From an uncultured Acidobacteriota bacterium (GTDB lineage Bacteria; Acidobacteriota; Thermoanaerobaculia; Gp7-AA8), in assembly GCA_963822445.1 (NCBI GenBank), contig CAWGHO010000003.1, forward strand, positions 1,216,001-1,280,000: a stretch of DNA of 64,000 nucleotides. The letters run 5' to 3'. The position numbers were made by a program, and so were the translations under genes. Under the pieces are notes generated by a model. The model did no database searches, was not told the DNA's origin, and saw only the letters and a program-made list of their open reading frames with translations. Below, piece after piece: positions 24,836-34,374 of this stretch. Each line of letters starts with the position of its first letter. The first letter of the stretch is position 1.

Positions 24836-27800
24836 TCCCTCCAGCCCCCAGAACTTCTCCGCCTTCACCGACGGCTGCCCCTCCAGGTTCTGCACGATCC
24901 CTTCGACGATCAGGCCGGAGTTGCGAAGGATCGTGCTGCGCTCGTCGGAGAAGAGGCGAGGGCTGACGATGGCCTGCGAGAGCCCGGTCTCGTCCTCGAG
25001 CGTGAGGAAGACGAAGCCTTTCGCGGTTCCCGGACGCTGGCGGACGATCACCGCGCCGGCCGTGGTCACGCGGCTGCCGTTGCGGGCCGTCTTCAACTGC
25101 GCCGCGGTGAGAATGCCCTGCTTTTTCAGGTGCGGACGGAAGTGCTCGAGGAGATGGCGGCCGGTGGTCAGCTCCATCGCGTTGTAATCGGCCATCGTCT
25201 CTTCGGCGGCGAGCATCTCCGGCAGCGGCGATCCCTTTGAATGTGATGTTTCCTCGAACAGCTCGCCGCCCGGTTTTGCCGCGTACGACGCCTGCCACAG
25301 CGCGGCGCGTCGCGTCAGACCGAACGATCCCAGCGCACCGGCGTACGCGAGCTTCGTCATCTGATCGTCGCGCAGGCGCGCACGGCGCGCGAGATCGTCC
25401 GCGGACGTGAACGGCTGCGCGGCCTCGATGCGCCGTCCCGTATCGGCGCGCAGCCCTTTCACGAATCGCAGGCCGAGGCGGACGGCGTTGTTTTCCCAGC
25501 GGCACATCCAGCCCGATTTGTTCACGTCCACCGGCAGGACCTTCGTCCGATGCCGCTGCGCGTCCTTGATCAATGTCGCCGGGTGGTAGAAGCCCATCGG
25601 CCAGGCATTGAGCAGCGAGATATAAAACGCCGCCGGATGATGCGCCTTGAGATACGCGCTGGCGTAGGCGATGAGCGCGAAGCTCGCCGCGTGCGACTCC
25701 GGGAAACCGTAAAGAGCGAAGGAAGTGATCGACTTGACGATCTGGTCCTGCGCCGCGATGCCGATCCCGTTCGTGGTCATGCCCGCGCGCAGGCGCTTCT
25801 CGATGTCCTGCATCCGCTCCATCGACCGCTTGAACCCCATCGCCCGCCGCAGCTCCTCGGCCTCACCGCCGGTGAAATTCGCCGCGACCATCGCGATCTT
25901 GAGAAGCTGCTCCTGGAACAGCGGAACGCCGAGAGTTCGCTCGAGGATCGGCTCGAGACAGGGATGGGGATACTCGACCGGTACCTTTCCCTGACGTCGA
26001 TCGAAAAACGGCTTGATCATGCCGCCGACGATCGGACCGGGGCGGATGATGGCCACCTGCACGACGATGTCGTAGAAGGTCTTCGGCGCGTTGCGCGGCA
26101 GGGAGGCCATCTGCGCGCGGCTCTCGACCTGGAACATGCCGATGGTGTCGGCCTCGTTCAGCATCTTGTAAACGGCGGGATCGTCCTGGGGCAGATGGGC
26201 AAGGTCAACTTCTTTACCTTCGCACCGGCGGATCATCGGAATCGCTTCCTCGATCGCGGCTAGCATCCCCAGTCCGAGGAGGTCCACTTTGATGATGCCC
26301 AGGTCCGCGCAGTCTTCCTTGTCCCATTGGCAGACCACGCGGCCGGGCATGGCCGCGGGCTCGAGCGGCACTACTTCGTCGAGGCGGCCCTTGGCCAGGA
26401 CCATGCCGCCGGAGTGCTGGCCGAGGTGGCGGGGGAGGTTCTGGATCTGGAGGTAGTGCCGCATGAAGTGCTGCACGCGGAGGTCGTCCGGATCGAAGCC
26501 GCTCCTGGCCAGTTCCTGCGGAAGGTTGTCGATCTGTTCGCGGATCTCGCCGAAGTGCCAGGTGCTCACGGTCTTGGAGAGCTTGTCGGCCTGCTCGAGT
26601 GAGAAGCCGAGAGCCTTGCCGACTTCGCGCGCGGCGGAGCGGTCGCGGTAGGTGATGACGTTCGCGGTCATGGCCGCGCCGTGCTTTCCGTATTTTTCGT
26701 AGACGTGCTGGATGACTTTCTCGCGCTGATCGCCGGACGGCAGGTCGAGGTCGATGTCCGGCCACTCGCCTCGTTCTTCCGAGAGGAATCGCTCGAAAAG
26801 CAGGTCCATCTTCACCGGATCGATGGCGGTGATGCCGAGGGCGTAGCAGACCGCGCTGTTCGCCGCGGAGCCGCGGCCCTGCACGAGGATCTTCGAGCGA
26901 TTGCAGAACTGAACGATGTCCCAGACGATCAGGAAGTAGCCCGCGAGCTGGAGCTTCTCGATCATGTTCAGCTCCTTCTCGATCTGCCGCTGCGCTTTCG
27001 CGGTCAGAGGGCGGAAGCGGGCGGTGGCCGCGTTCCAGGCGATCTTGCGGAGAAAGGAGTCGTTGGTCTCGCCGGGCGGCAACGGGTAGTCGGGGAACTG
27101 ATAGCCGAGGTCGGCCAGGGTGAAGTCGAGGGTGTTGGCGAGCTCCCAGGCGCCGGTGATGGCCGACGGGAGATCGGCGAAGAGCTTGTCCATCTCAGCA
27201 GCTGATTTGATGTGGCGCTCGCGATTGATGCCGAGGAGCTGGCCGGCTGTGTCGACGTTCCTCCCTTCGCGGATGCAGGTGAGGATGTCGTGCAGCTCCT
27301 TGTCCTCGGCACGCGCATACCGGACGCCGTTCGTCGCTACAAGGGGTAGACCGAGCTTTCCGGCTAAATCGACCAGCCGGACGTTGTGGTGTTCCTCCTC
27401 CCGATTGAAGTGCCGCTGCAATTCGACATGCGTGCGCCCGCTGAAGATGCCACTGATCTTGTGCACCGTGGCGTCGTCGGCACGGGTGAGGCAATGCAGC
27501 CCGGCGGCGTGCTGCTCGATGAGCTCCCAGGTGTAGCGGGCCTCGCCTTTGGGATGCTCGAGCGCCCCCGCAGTGAGCAACCGGCAGAGGTTTTTGTAGC
27601 CGGCGCGATTCTCGACGAGGAGGGTGATCGTCCTCGTCTCATCCATCCGCAGCTCGGAGCCGATGAGCGCCTTCACCCCGTTCTTCCTGGCCGCCGTGTG
27701 AAAGCGCGGCGCGCCATACAGGCCATTGGCATCGACGATGGCCATGGCCGGCAGATCTTTCTGGATGGCCTGGTAGATGAGGTCTTCGGGCAGGCTCGAC

Positions 27801-28054
27801 CCGTTGAGAAATGAGAAGGAGCTGGCCGCGCGCAACTCCGCGTACGGTCTGTTCGTTTTCTTCGGTTTCCTCTTCTTCGGCGGCGGCGCGTCCTCTTCTT
27901 CTTTGTACGTCCCGCCCCATTGCTCGTGAACGTAGGGGATGTGGTCGTACTCGCAGGAGAGCGGCACCGCCGCCGCGCGCTCCTTGACCTTCTCCTTCTG
28001 CGCACCGGGAGGGTGGTGGGTGATGGCGAGGGCGTCGAGGTCGCGGGTGGGCAT
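24803..28054 (-). CDS. dnaE2: Error-prone DNA polymerase DnaE2 (ImuC)
   Basis: PHP domain, GRGSAANS, PDIDLD, PRHLGQHSGG, RQRPGTAKG, C-terminal SHDFH. Confidence 0.96.
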   Translation of the reverse strand: MPTRDLDALAITHHPPGAQKEKVKERAAAVPLSCEYDHIPYVHEQWGGTYKEEEDAPPPKKRKPKKTNRPYAELRAASSFSFLNGSSLPEDLIYQAIQKDLPAMAIVDANGLYGAPRFHTAARKNGVKALIGSELRMDETRTITLLVENRAGYKNLCRLLTAGALEHPKGEARYTWELIEQHAAGLHCLTRADDATVHKISGIFSGRTHVELQRHFNREEEHHNVRLVDLAGKLGLPLVATNGVRYARAEDKELHDILTCIREGRNVDTAGQLLGINRERHIKSAAEMDKLFADLPSAITGAWELANTLDFTLADLGYQFPDYPLPPGETNDSFLRKIAWNAATARFRPLTAKAQRQIEKELNMIEKLQLAGYFLIVWDIVQFCNRSKILVQGRGSAANSAVCYALGITAIDPVKMDLLFERFLSEERGEWPDIDLDLPSGDQREKVIQHVYEKYGKHGAAMTANVITYRDRSAAREVGKALGFSLEQADKLSKTVSTWHFGEIREQIDNLPQELARSGFDPDDLRVQHFMRHYLQIQNLPRHLGQHSGGMVLAKGRLDEVVPLEPAAMPGRVVCQWDKEDCADLGIIKVDLLGLGMLAAIEEAIPMIRRCEGKEVDLAHLPQDDPAVYKMLNEADTIGMFQVESRAQMASLPRNAPKTFYDIVVQVAIIRPGPIVGGMIKPFFDRRQGKVPVEYPHPCLEPILERTLGVPLFQEQLLKIAMVAANFTGGEAEELRRAMGFKRSMERMQDIEKRLRAGMTTNGIGIAAQDQIVKSITSFALYGFPESHAASFALIAYASAYLKAHHPAAFYISLLNAWPMGFYHPATLIKDAQRHRTKVLPVDVNKSGWMCRWENNAVRLGLRFVKGLRADTGRRIEAAQPFTSADDLARRARLRDDQMTKLAYAGALGSFGLTRRAALWQASYAAKPGGELFEETSHSKGSPLPEMLAAEETMADYNAMELTTGRHLLEHFRPHLKKQGILTAAQLKTARNGSRVTTAGAVIVRQRPGTAKGFVFLTLEDETGLSQAIVSPRLFSDERSTILRNSGLIVEGIVQNLEGQPSVKAEKFWGLEGLGDVASHDFH

Positions 28055-28055
28055 T

Positions 28056-28087
28056 GAATGCAGAAGGCAGAATGCAGAATGCAGAAA
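28056..28087. repeat. Tandem heptamer (GAATGCA)x4, inverted partner of 28450-28488
   Basis: gaatgcagaaggcagaatgcagaatgcagaaa; abuts the dnaE2 ATG. Confidence 0.92.
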
Positions 28088-28097
28088 TGGCTGTGGG

Positions 28098-28448
28098 TTA
28101 ACGCGGGGGGCTGGCTTTGCGGAGGATCGTGGTGAGGATGGCCACGATCTCGTTTGCTTCCTGCGTCAACGGTGCGATGCGGGAGGGCTTTACGATCTCT
28201 GTTGCGGCGAGTAGGCGTAGCCAGTAGAGGCTTTCGCGCGCTTCCTTCAGTGCGACACGGCACTTGGCAATGAAGTCAGCCTTGCTCTGGCCGGCCTCGG
28301 CTTCCTCGAGGTTTGCGCCTACCGATGTTCCGGCGGAAAGAAGTTGGCCGAGAAGGGGCCGAACCGCGTTCCGCTGGCTGATCGAAGTCGTATAGAGCCT
28401 CACGACCCGACAAGCGAACCGAAACGTTCTCTCCTGAATCTCCTTCAT
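28098..28448 (-). CDS. Four-helix-bundle protein (23S rRNA IVS-protein / TIGR02436-like)
   Basis: QLLSAGTSVGANLEEA...SKADFIAK..ALKEARESLYWLRLL. Confidence 0.93.
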   Translation of the reverse strand: MKEIQERTFRFACRVVRLYTTSISQRNAVRPLLGQLLSAGTSVGANLEEAEAGQSKADFIAKCRVALKEARESLYWLRLLAATEIVKPSRIAPLTQEANEIVAILTTILRKASPPR

Positions 28449-28449
28449 C

Positions 28450-28488
28450 GTTCTGCATTCTGCATTCTGCATTCTGCATTCTGCATTT
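28450..28488. repeat. Tandem heptamer (TTCTGCA)x5
   Basis: ttctgcattctgcattctgcattctgcattctgcattt. Confidence 0.93.
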
Positions 28489-28602
28489 CCCCATTCCTCT
28501 ACCTACCGTGGACAGCCTCCCCGTGAAACCTTCTACGAAGGCGTTCGTAACCCACTAACGTTTCTGGAATCCCACCGTCAGACACTCCGAAAGAGAACCC
28601 TC

Positions 28603-30657
28603 ATGACCTTCCGACCCTTGCTCGTCTCGCTCCTCCTCGCCTGCGCGACCCTCGCCTCCGCGCAGACCACCGCGCCCCCGCCCAACCCCGTCGAAGGTAA
28701 GAAAATCTTCCTGCCGGCGGACTTCACGCAGTTCGCGCCGCGCACCGCGCTGGACATGCTCAATCGCGTGCCGGGCTTCTCCATCAAAGAAGAAGATGGC
28801 GACCGCGGCCTCGGCGAGGCCAGCGGCAACGTCGTCATCAACGGCCAGCGCCTCTCCGGCAAATCGAACGACGTCATCACGGAGCTGAGCCGCATCCCGG
28901 CCGGCAACGTCGAGCGCATCGAGCTCGTCGAAGGGGAGACCCTCAAGATCACCGGCCTCTCCGGCCAGGTTGCGAACGTCATCGTCAAGTCGACCGGCAT
29001 CACCGGCCAGTGGGCGTACCGCCCCGAGTTCCGCTCGTACTACACCGATCCGCTCTTCTCGCGGTTCGAAGTGTCCGTCAGCGGAACGAAAGGACCGGTC
29101 CAGTACACCCTCGGTCTCGACAACCGCGGCAACCGCAGCGGCGCCGGCGGACCGACGTGGATCTTTCATCCCGATGGCTCGCTGATGGAAGAGCGCGACG
29201 AGCAGTGGCGCGGCAACGTCGAGCAGCCGCGACTCAGCGGCCGGTTCGTCTTCGATGCGCCCGGCGACGCGAAGGCCAACCTCAATCTGTTGTACGGCCG
29301 CCTGACCTACGACTACCTCGAAACCGGCACGCGCATCAGCGCGGACTCGGCGGACCTTTCACGAACGGTGACCGTGGACGAGCACGGCCACAACTACGAG
29401 ATCAGCGGCGACTACGAGCTGGCCCTCGGCAAAGGGCGGCTGAAGTTCATCGGCGTCGGCCGCGGCTCGCGGTATCCGAGCGAGGTCACGGTGATCGATC
29501 GGTTCGCCGATGAGGCGACCGCGGTCGGCGACCGTTTCACGCAGATCGGCGACGACCGGGAAATGATCGCCCGCAGCGAGTATCGCTGGACGACCGGCGG
29601 CTCGGAATGGCAGGTCTCCGCGGAGGGGGCGTACAACAGTCTCGATAACGTCTCGCGGCTCTTCGAAATGAACGCGAACGGCGGTTTCGACGAGGTCCAG
29701 CTCGAGGGCGGCATCGCCAAGGTCGAAGAGGACCGCTACCAGATCATGGGCAGCTACGGACGCTCGCTGTCCCCGACGTTGACGATGAAGCTCGCGGCGG
29801 GCGGCGAGTATTCACAACTCGCGCAGGTGGGCGCGGGCGGCACGACGCGCACGTTCTATCGTCCGAAAGGGGAGGCCTCGGCAGCATGGAAGGTCTCGCC
29901 GCGCACGGACCTGAACGTCAAGCTCGCGCGTCGCGTCGGTCAGCTCAACTTCTTCGATTTCCTCGCGTCGGTGGACGTGTCGAACGACGTGAAGACGGAC
30001 GCGAATCCCGATCTCGTTCCTGAACAGAGCTGGGACCTCGAGCTCGAAGGCGTTCGCAACCTCGGCACGCTGGGGTCGACGACACTGCGGCTTTACGGAC
30101 GGCTGATCGACGACATCATCGACTACGTTCCGATCGGCACGACCGGCCAGGCGCCGGGCAATCTCGATCACGCGATGCTCTACGGCATCGAGTCGCGCAG
30201 CACCTTCAACCTCGACCGGTTCGGCTGGACCGGTGCCCGTTTCGACGCGCACCTCGGCTGGCAGGACAGCGAAGTCGAAGATCCGCTCACCGGCGAGAAG
30301 CGCCCGATCAGCCGCAGCCTGCAGGAGTTCTTCAGCTTCGCCCTGCGGCACGACATAGCGAAAACGGATTGGGCGTGGGGAACGGGTTACTCGTATCAGC
30401 TCAACGCGAAGAACTACCGGCTCACCGAGGTCGGCAGACAGTGGGAAGGTCCCGTGTGGGGTGACGTGTACATCGAGAACAAAGACGTGTACGGCCTCAC
30501 GGTCCGCGCGGGCGTGTACAACCTCCTCGCCGCGGACAGCATGTGGGATCGCACCGTTTACGACGGCCGCCGGACGACGGGACAGGTCGCATTCGTCGAG
30601 CATCGCGACCGGCAGATCGGTCCGATCTTCTCGTTCCAGGTGCGCGGAAAGTTCTAA
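28603..30657 (+). CDS. TonB-dependent receptor-like outer-membrane protein
   Basis: Signal peptide; plug RVPGF...NVVINGQR...VERIELV; NPDLVPEQSW; C-terminal Phe. Confidence 0.88.
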   Translation: MTFRPLLVSLLLACATLASAQTTAPPPNPVEGKKIFLPADFTQFAPRTALDMLNRVPGFSIKEEDGDRGLGEASGNVVINGQRLSGKSNDVITELSRIPAGNVERIELVEGETLKITGLSGQVANVIVKSTGITGQWAYRPEFRSYYTDPLFSRFEVSVSGTKGPVQYTLGLDNRGNRSGAGGPTWIFHPDGSLMEERDEQWRGNVEQPRLSGRFVFDAPGDAKANLNLLYGRLTYDYLETGTRISADSADLSRTVTVDEHGHNYEISGDYELALGKGRLKFIGVGRGSRYPSEVTVIDRFADEATAVGDRFTQIGDDREMIARSEYRWTTGGSEWQVSAEGAYNSLDNVSRLFEMNANGGFDEVQLEGGIAKVEEDRYQIMGSYGRSLSPTLTMKLAAGGEYSQLAQVGAGGTTRTFYRPKGEASAAWKVSPRTDLNVKLARRVGQLNFFDFLASVDVSNDVKTDANPDLVPEQSWDLELEGVRNLGTLGSTTLRLYGRLIDDIIDYVPIGTTGQAPGNLDHAMLYGIESRSTFNLDRFGWTGARFDAHLGWQDSEVEDPLTGEKRPISRSLQEFFSFALRHDIAKTDWAWGTGYSYQLNAKNYRLTEVGRQWEGPVWGDVYIENKDVYGLTVRAGVYNLLAADSMWDRTVYDGRRTTGQVAFVEHRDRQIGPIFSFQVRGKF

Positions 30658-31485
30658 GTGAAGATGACCCGTCTGGCGATGTTGCTGGTCACCATCGTCG
30701 TCTCATGGACGATGGCGGCCGGCGACATCGAGGTCTGGGTCCGCGGAAAGCGTGTCGACGCAGGCGCGAAACGGCACCCGGATGAGCTCCGGGTGCTGTT
30801 CATCGGCAACAGCCTGACCTACTTCAATGAAATGCCCTGGCTGACCGAGGAGGTCGCGAAATCCCTCGGCGTGAAGCCGCTGCTGCGAACTCATTTCTCG
30901 GGACGGAGCGGCTCGACGCTCAAGCAACACTTCGAGCGCAGCCGGACCCTTCGCGCGATCCGTGAGGGTAAATACGCGTACGTCGTGCTGCAGCCGCAGA
31001 GCACGGAGATCGTGCGCACTCCCGCGGAGACGTTTCAGTACGCGAAGAAGCTGGACGAGGAGATCAAGCGGAGCGGTGCGAAGACGATCCTCTTCCTGAC
31101 GTGGGCGCCGCTGACCGCGTCGCACGACCAGGCCGCGTACAACCGCCAGTTCGCGAAGCTGGCGAAGGAGCTCGGCGCGCCGATCGCGCCGGTCGGCATC
31201 GCCTGGGACGCTTTGCGCAAGCACGGGGTGGAGATGTTCGACGAGGGCGGCCTGCACGCGAATCTCGCCGGCTCCTATCTCTCCGCCTGCGTATTCGTGG
31301 CGATGCTCTACAAGAAACCGCCGCTCAACGCCGTACACACCTTCGACGTGAAGTTCGCCGAGGAGCAGTTCTATCGCCATTCGCTGGTGAACGATCGCCT
31401 GAGCGACGCGACCGCCGCGAAGATTCAGCGCGCAGCGTGGGCGGTGGTGCAGGGCAAGATTGGCGGCGGCACGTGCAGTCGATGA
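30658..31485 (+). CDS. SGNH/GDSL-like hydrolase
   Basis: VLFIGNSLT...VVLQ...D.GLHAN..GSYL. Confidence 0.8.
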   Translation: MKMTRLAMLLVTIVVSWTMAAGDIEVWVRGKRVDAGAKRHPDELRVLFIGNSLTYFNEMPWLTEEVAKSLGVKPLLRTHFSGRSGSTLKQHFERSRTLRAIREGKYAYVVLQPQSTEIVRTPAETFQYAKKLDEEIKRSGAKTILFLTWAPLTASHDQAAYNRQFAKLAKELGAPIAPVGIAWDALRKHGVEMFDEGGLHANLAGSYLSACVFVAMLYKKPPLNAVHTFDVKFAEEQFYRHSLVNDRLSDATAAKIQRAAWAVVQGKIGGGTCSR

Positions 31486-31601
31486 ACGTGACCTCCTCGT
31501 CCACGGAACCCCGTTTGAGTGTCGGAGTGAGTGATGATCCGCACGAAGCCCGCTTGGAGGAGGTCGTTCTCTTAAGACACCCGGCCCGGAACTTTGTGGC
31601 G

Positions 31602-33896
31602 TCAGTTCGCGGATTTCGGCCCCGCTCTCGGTGGGACGCTCTCCAGGAACACTTTCTCGATCGACCAGGTAGCCGGCGTCGGCGGTGGCGTGGCACGATC
31701 GCCGGCGGCCGTGATCATCAGAAGCCGTTCGAGTGAGCTCGCGGGCTCCACGGCCCGGACGCCGTTCCATTCGAGGATCCAGGGGTTGGCTAGAGGTTCA
31801 TCAGTCGTGAGTAAAAAGTAGGTGTCGACGCCATAAGGCGGACTGATTGTGAACTCCGCGCTCTTTCCCAGATCGATCTCCACCGGGGGAGGTGCCGCGG
31901 GGAAACGGTTTTCGACCGATCCCTTTCGAGGAAACAACAGAACACTCCTGCCGTGGTTGTCGATGTTGAAGGCGTAGACGTATCGCGGCGTGACGCGCGG
32001 CGGAAGCGGCGTCGATGCCGCGCGAAGGACGAGGCCATAGTCCTCCTCGCCGATCACCGCCGAGTCCTTGGCCCATTCGCCGTTTCGGAGCCGGCGAAGC
32101 GCGAGGCGGTATGGGTACCGCGATCCGGGCGGCGACTCGAGCAGGTGCCAGCCCAGGATCTTCCGGAGAGCCACGACCGCGTTGCGCAGAGCACCCACTG
32201 AATCGCGGATCGTCCCGTCGCGCCCGTCCTCGTCTACCCACTTCGTACATAGCGGAAGGCCTGACTCGCGCCTGTCCGAACGCTCCGCCGTGGGACGCAT
32301 CCACGCGTACGAGAGGCGCCGATTCGCGAAACGTCCGACCAGAACGTAATCAGCGTCTTCCGCTCCGGTAACTGGCTCGATGCCTTCACCATCGGTCCCG
32401 GGACCGATTGCAATGCCGTCGACGATCCTGGCCGGAGCGGGAAACTGCACGAAGAGCGATGAGCCCAGCGGAACTCTCTCGAGAGCGGCGATGGCGTCAC
32501 CGGCCTCCGGTCCGATCACCCGTGGCTCGGCGTGCGTTGTCAGGATTTCCCAACCAGTTTGTGTGTAGCGAAGGACATGCGTCGTCGTGGTTTCGATTGG
32601 TTCAGTGACCCAATGAATCCCGCGCTGTACCGCCTCGACGTAAAGACGCGCGGCCAGCGCATCGACATCACCGGATACCGTTGGTGCCCATACCCGAAGG
32701 GGGCGTGGCGGAGGCGCTGCCCACGCGACCACTTCCACCAGCTCGCCTGGACGCACTGCCTGAGGGAGCGTCGTGCCTGGCGGCGCAATCCTGGCTTCGC
32801 TGCGTGTCATGCCGTGCAGTGCGGTCACTCGAAGACGAGCTGTCGTCACGTGCGCGGCGTTCGAGACGCGCACTTCACAACCGACTGACAGGCCGTTGGC
32901 CCACCCGCCGTGAAGCAGAACGGTCCCATCGTCACGAACGTCCTCGATGCCGATTACGACACGCTCGCCTCGCTGGTCGATCCGGCTGCCGAGGAAGGGA
33001 CGCGAGCGCGCGACGGAACTGCCTTCGAGCACGGGGACCTGATGTGGTTTCTCGCCGCGCAGTCTCGCGCGTGCGCGCAGGAACGTTTCCAGGGCGGACT
33101 CACCCGATGCCGCATCGCGCAGCGCGCGCATCCAGGCCCAGGTAAAGGCGCCCCGGATCTGACCCTGGTCGTCGCGCGTCTCCCAGGCTTCGTCGAAGTC
33201 CTGCGCGGCGGAGATCACCAGCGCGCCGCGACTGTCGGGAGTCGGCCCGGCCTTCGTGCCGTCGGCCACGTCGCGCGTGTCGGGACGGATGCCGCGCGGA
33301 CGTGCACCGGAAGGCAAACCGCGGATTCCCGAAGCGCTGTGGCAACTGTCGAGGATGACAGTCAGTAGCGCACCGCGGTCGAGGACGCGACTGAACCGCG
33401 GCCGAAGTTCTTTGTCGCGGATGTCGGGAGCGCCGACGCGCGAGTCGGCGGGAACGAAGGACTCGTCGAGCTGATCGTGTTCGTCGGATCTCGAGTTCGG
33501 CACCTGCGACCCATGACCGGCAAAGTAGTAGAACAGCGTGTCGCCCTTGGCCGCCGTCTCGACGAGATGACGATCGATCGTGCGGAGAATCGCTGCGCGC
33601 GTCGCTTCCTGATCGGTCAACGTCACGATGTCATCGGGCTGAAATCCGTACAGACCAATCAACATCTCACGCAAGGCGGTGACGTCATTGATGGTGCCGC
33701 CGAGGTTCGGCCAGTCGCGGGTGTTGGTTTTCTGTCGAGGTGTACCGAGGCGGGAGGCCGTGTAGTCGTTGATGCCGATCAACAAAGCGCGCCGGCGGGC
33801 CGATGGCTGCGCGTCACCACCCGGCGCGGACGCAAGAACAGCGCACAGGACGAGCCAGAGTCGGGTTCGCAAAAAGGTCTCGACTGGATGAGACAC
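31602..33896 (-). CDS. Caspase-family (C14) protease with signal-like N-terminus and C-terminal extension
   Basis: ALLIGINDY, YFAGHGS (His), LDSCHS (Cys). Confidence 0.92.
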   Translation of the reverse strand: MSHPVETFLRTRLWLVLCAVLASAPGGDAQPSARRRALLIGINDYTASRLGTPRQKTNTRDWPNLGGTINDVTALREMLIGLYGFQPDDIVTLTDQEATRAAILRTIDRHLVETAAKGDTLFYYFAGHGSQVPNSRSDEHDQLDESFVPADSRVGAPDIRDKELRPRFSRVLDRGALLTVILDSCHSASGIRGLPSGARPRGIRPDTRDVADGTKAGPTPDSRGALVISAAQDFDEAWETRDDQGQIRGAFTWAWMRALRDAASGESALETFLRARARLRGEKPHQVPVLEGSSVARSRPFLGSRIDQRGERVVIGIEDVRDDGTVLLHGGWANGLSVGCEVRVSNAAHVTTARLRVTALHGMTRSEARIAPPGTTLPQAVRPGELVEVVAWAAPPPRPLRVWAPTVSGDVDALAARLYVEAVQRGIHWVTEPIETTTTHVLRYTQTGWEILTTHAEPRVIGPEAGDAIAALERVPLGSSLFVQFPAPARIVDGIAIGPGTDGEGIEPVTGAEDADYVLVGRFANRRLSYAWMRPTAERSDRRESGLPLCTKWVDEDGRDGTIRDSVGALRNAVVALRKILGWHLLESPPGSRYPYRLALRRLRNGEWAKDSAVIGEEDYGLVLRAASTPLPPRVTPRYVYAFNIDNHGRSVLLFPRKGSVENRFPAAPPPVEIDLGKSAEFTISPPYGVDTYFLLTTDEPLANPWILEWNGVRAVEPASSLERLLMITAAGDRATPPPTPATWSIEKVFLESVPPRAGPKSAN

Positions 33897-33930
33897 GTTT
33901 CCTGCAGAATTGTGTCTTCCGGGCCGCCGC

Positions 33931-34320
33931 TCAATGACAGCGACTCATCGACTCCGCTTCAGACGAATTGACGGCGCCGTATGTCCAGAGATGCTTCGCC
34001 GAATCTCTGTATGCCACTCCGCGGAAGCTGCTGTCGCGATAGAACTGCTCGACACCGCCGCCGTAGATGTCATACGCGCCACCGCCATAGTGCAGGGCCT
34101 CGACCATCGCGTCTTCCATGATGATTGCCGTCTCGACGAGCAGCACCGAGCAATCCGCCCCCGCCGCACTGCCTTTGACGTTCCAGAAGGACAGTCGCGA
34201 TTCCGCATAGCGGTCAGTGAGCTGTCGTGCGGCGGCAACATGGACGTCGGCGGCCGGACTCGACTCGCACGCCATCAGTAGAAAGAACGCGAGTGCAGCG
34301 GCATTGAGATATCGACTCAT
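33931..34320 (-). CDS. Hypothetical lipoprotein
   Basis: Lipobox LLMAC; GGAGGGG RBS. Confidence 0.7.
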   Translation of the reverse strand: MSRYLNAAALAFFLLMACESSPAADVHVAAARQLTDRYAESRLSFWNVKGSAAGADCSVLLVETAIIMEDAMVEALHYGGGAYDIYGGGVEQFYRDSSFRGVAYRDSAKHLWTYGAVNSSEAESMSRCH

Positions 34321-34333
34321 ATCCCCTCCATCG

Positions 34334-34367
34334 AAAAATCCCTCTCCCCGCCGGGCGGGGAGAGGGA
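34334..34367 (-). terminator. Intrinsic terminator-like hairpin inside the CHAT-caspase gene run
   Basis: TCCCTCTCCCCGCC/GGCGGGGAGAGGGA stem followed by TTTTT on the minus strand. Confidence 0.75.
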
Positions 34368-34374
34368 GCGAGAG

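Noticed and set aside
28098-28448. Diversity-generating retroelement (Avd-like gene) or rRNA intervening sequence
   Set aside because: No reverse transcriptase, TR/VR pair or rRNA gene in the window.
28500-28600. LexA box upstream of dnaE2 (and of imuA at 43192-43290)
   Set aside because: No convincing GTTC-N7-GTTC, GAAC-N4-GTTC or CTGT-N8-ACAG match seen by eye.
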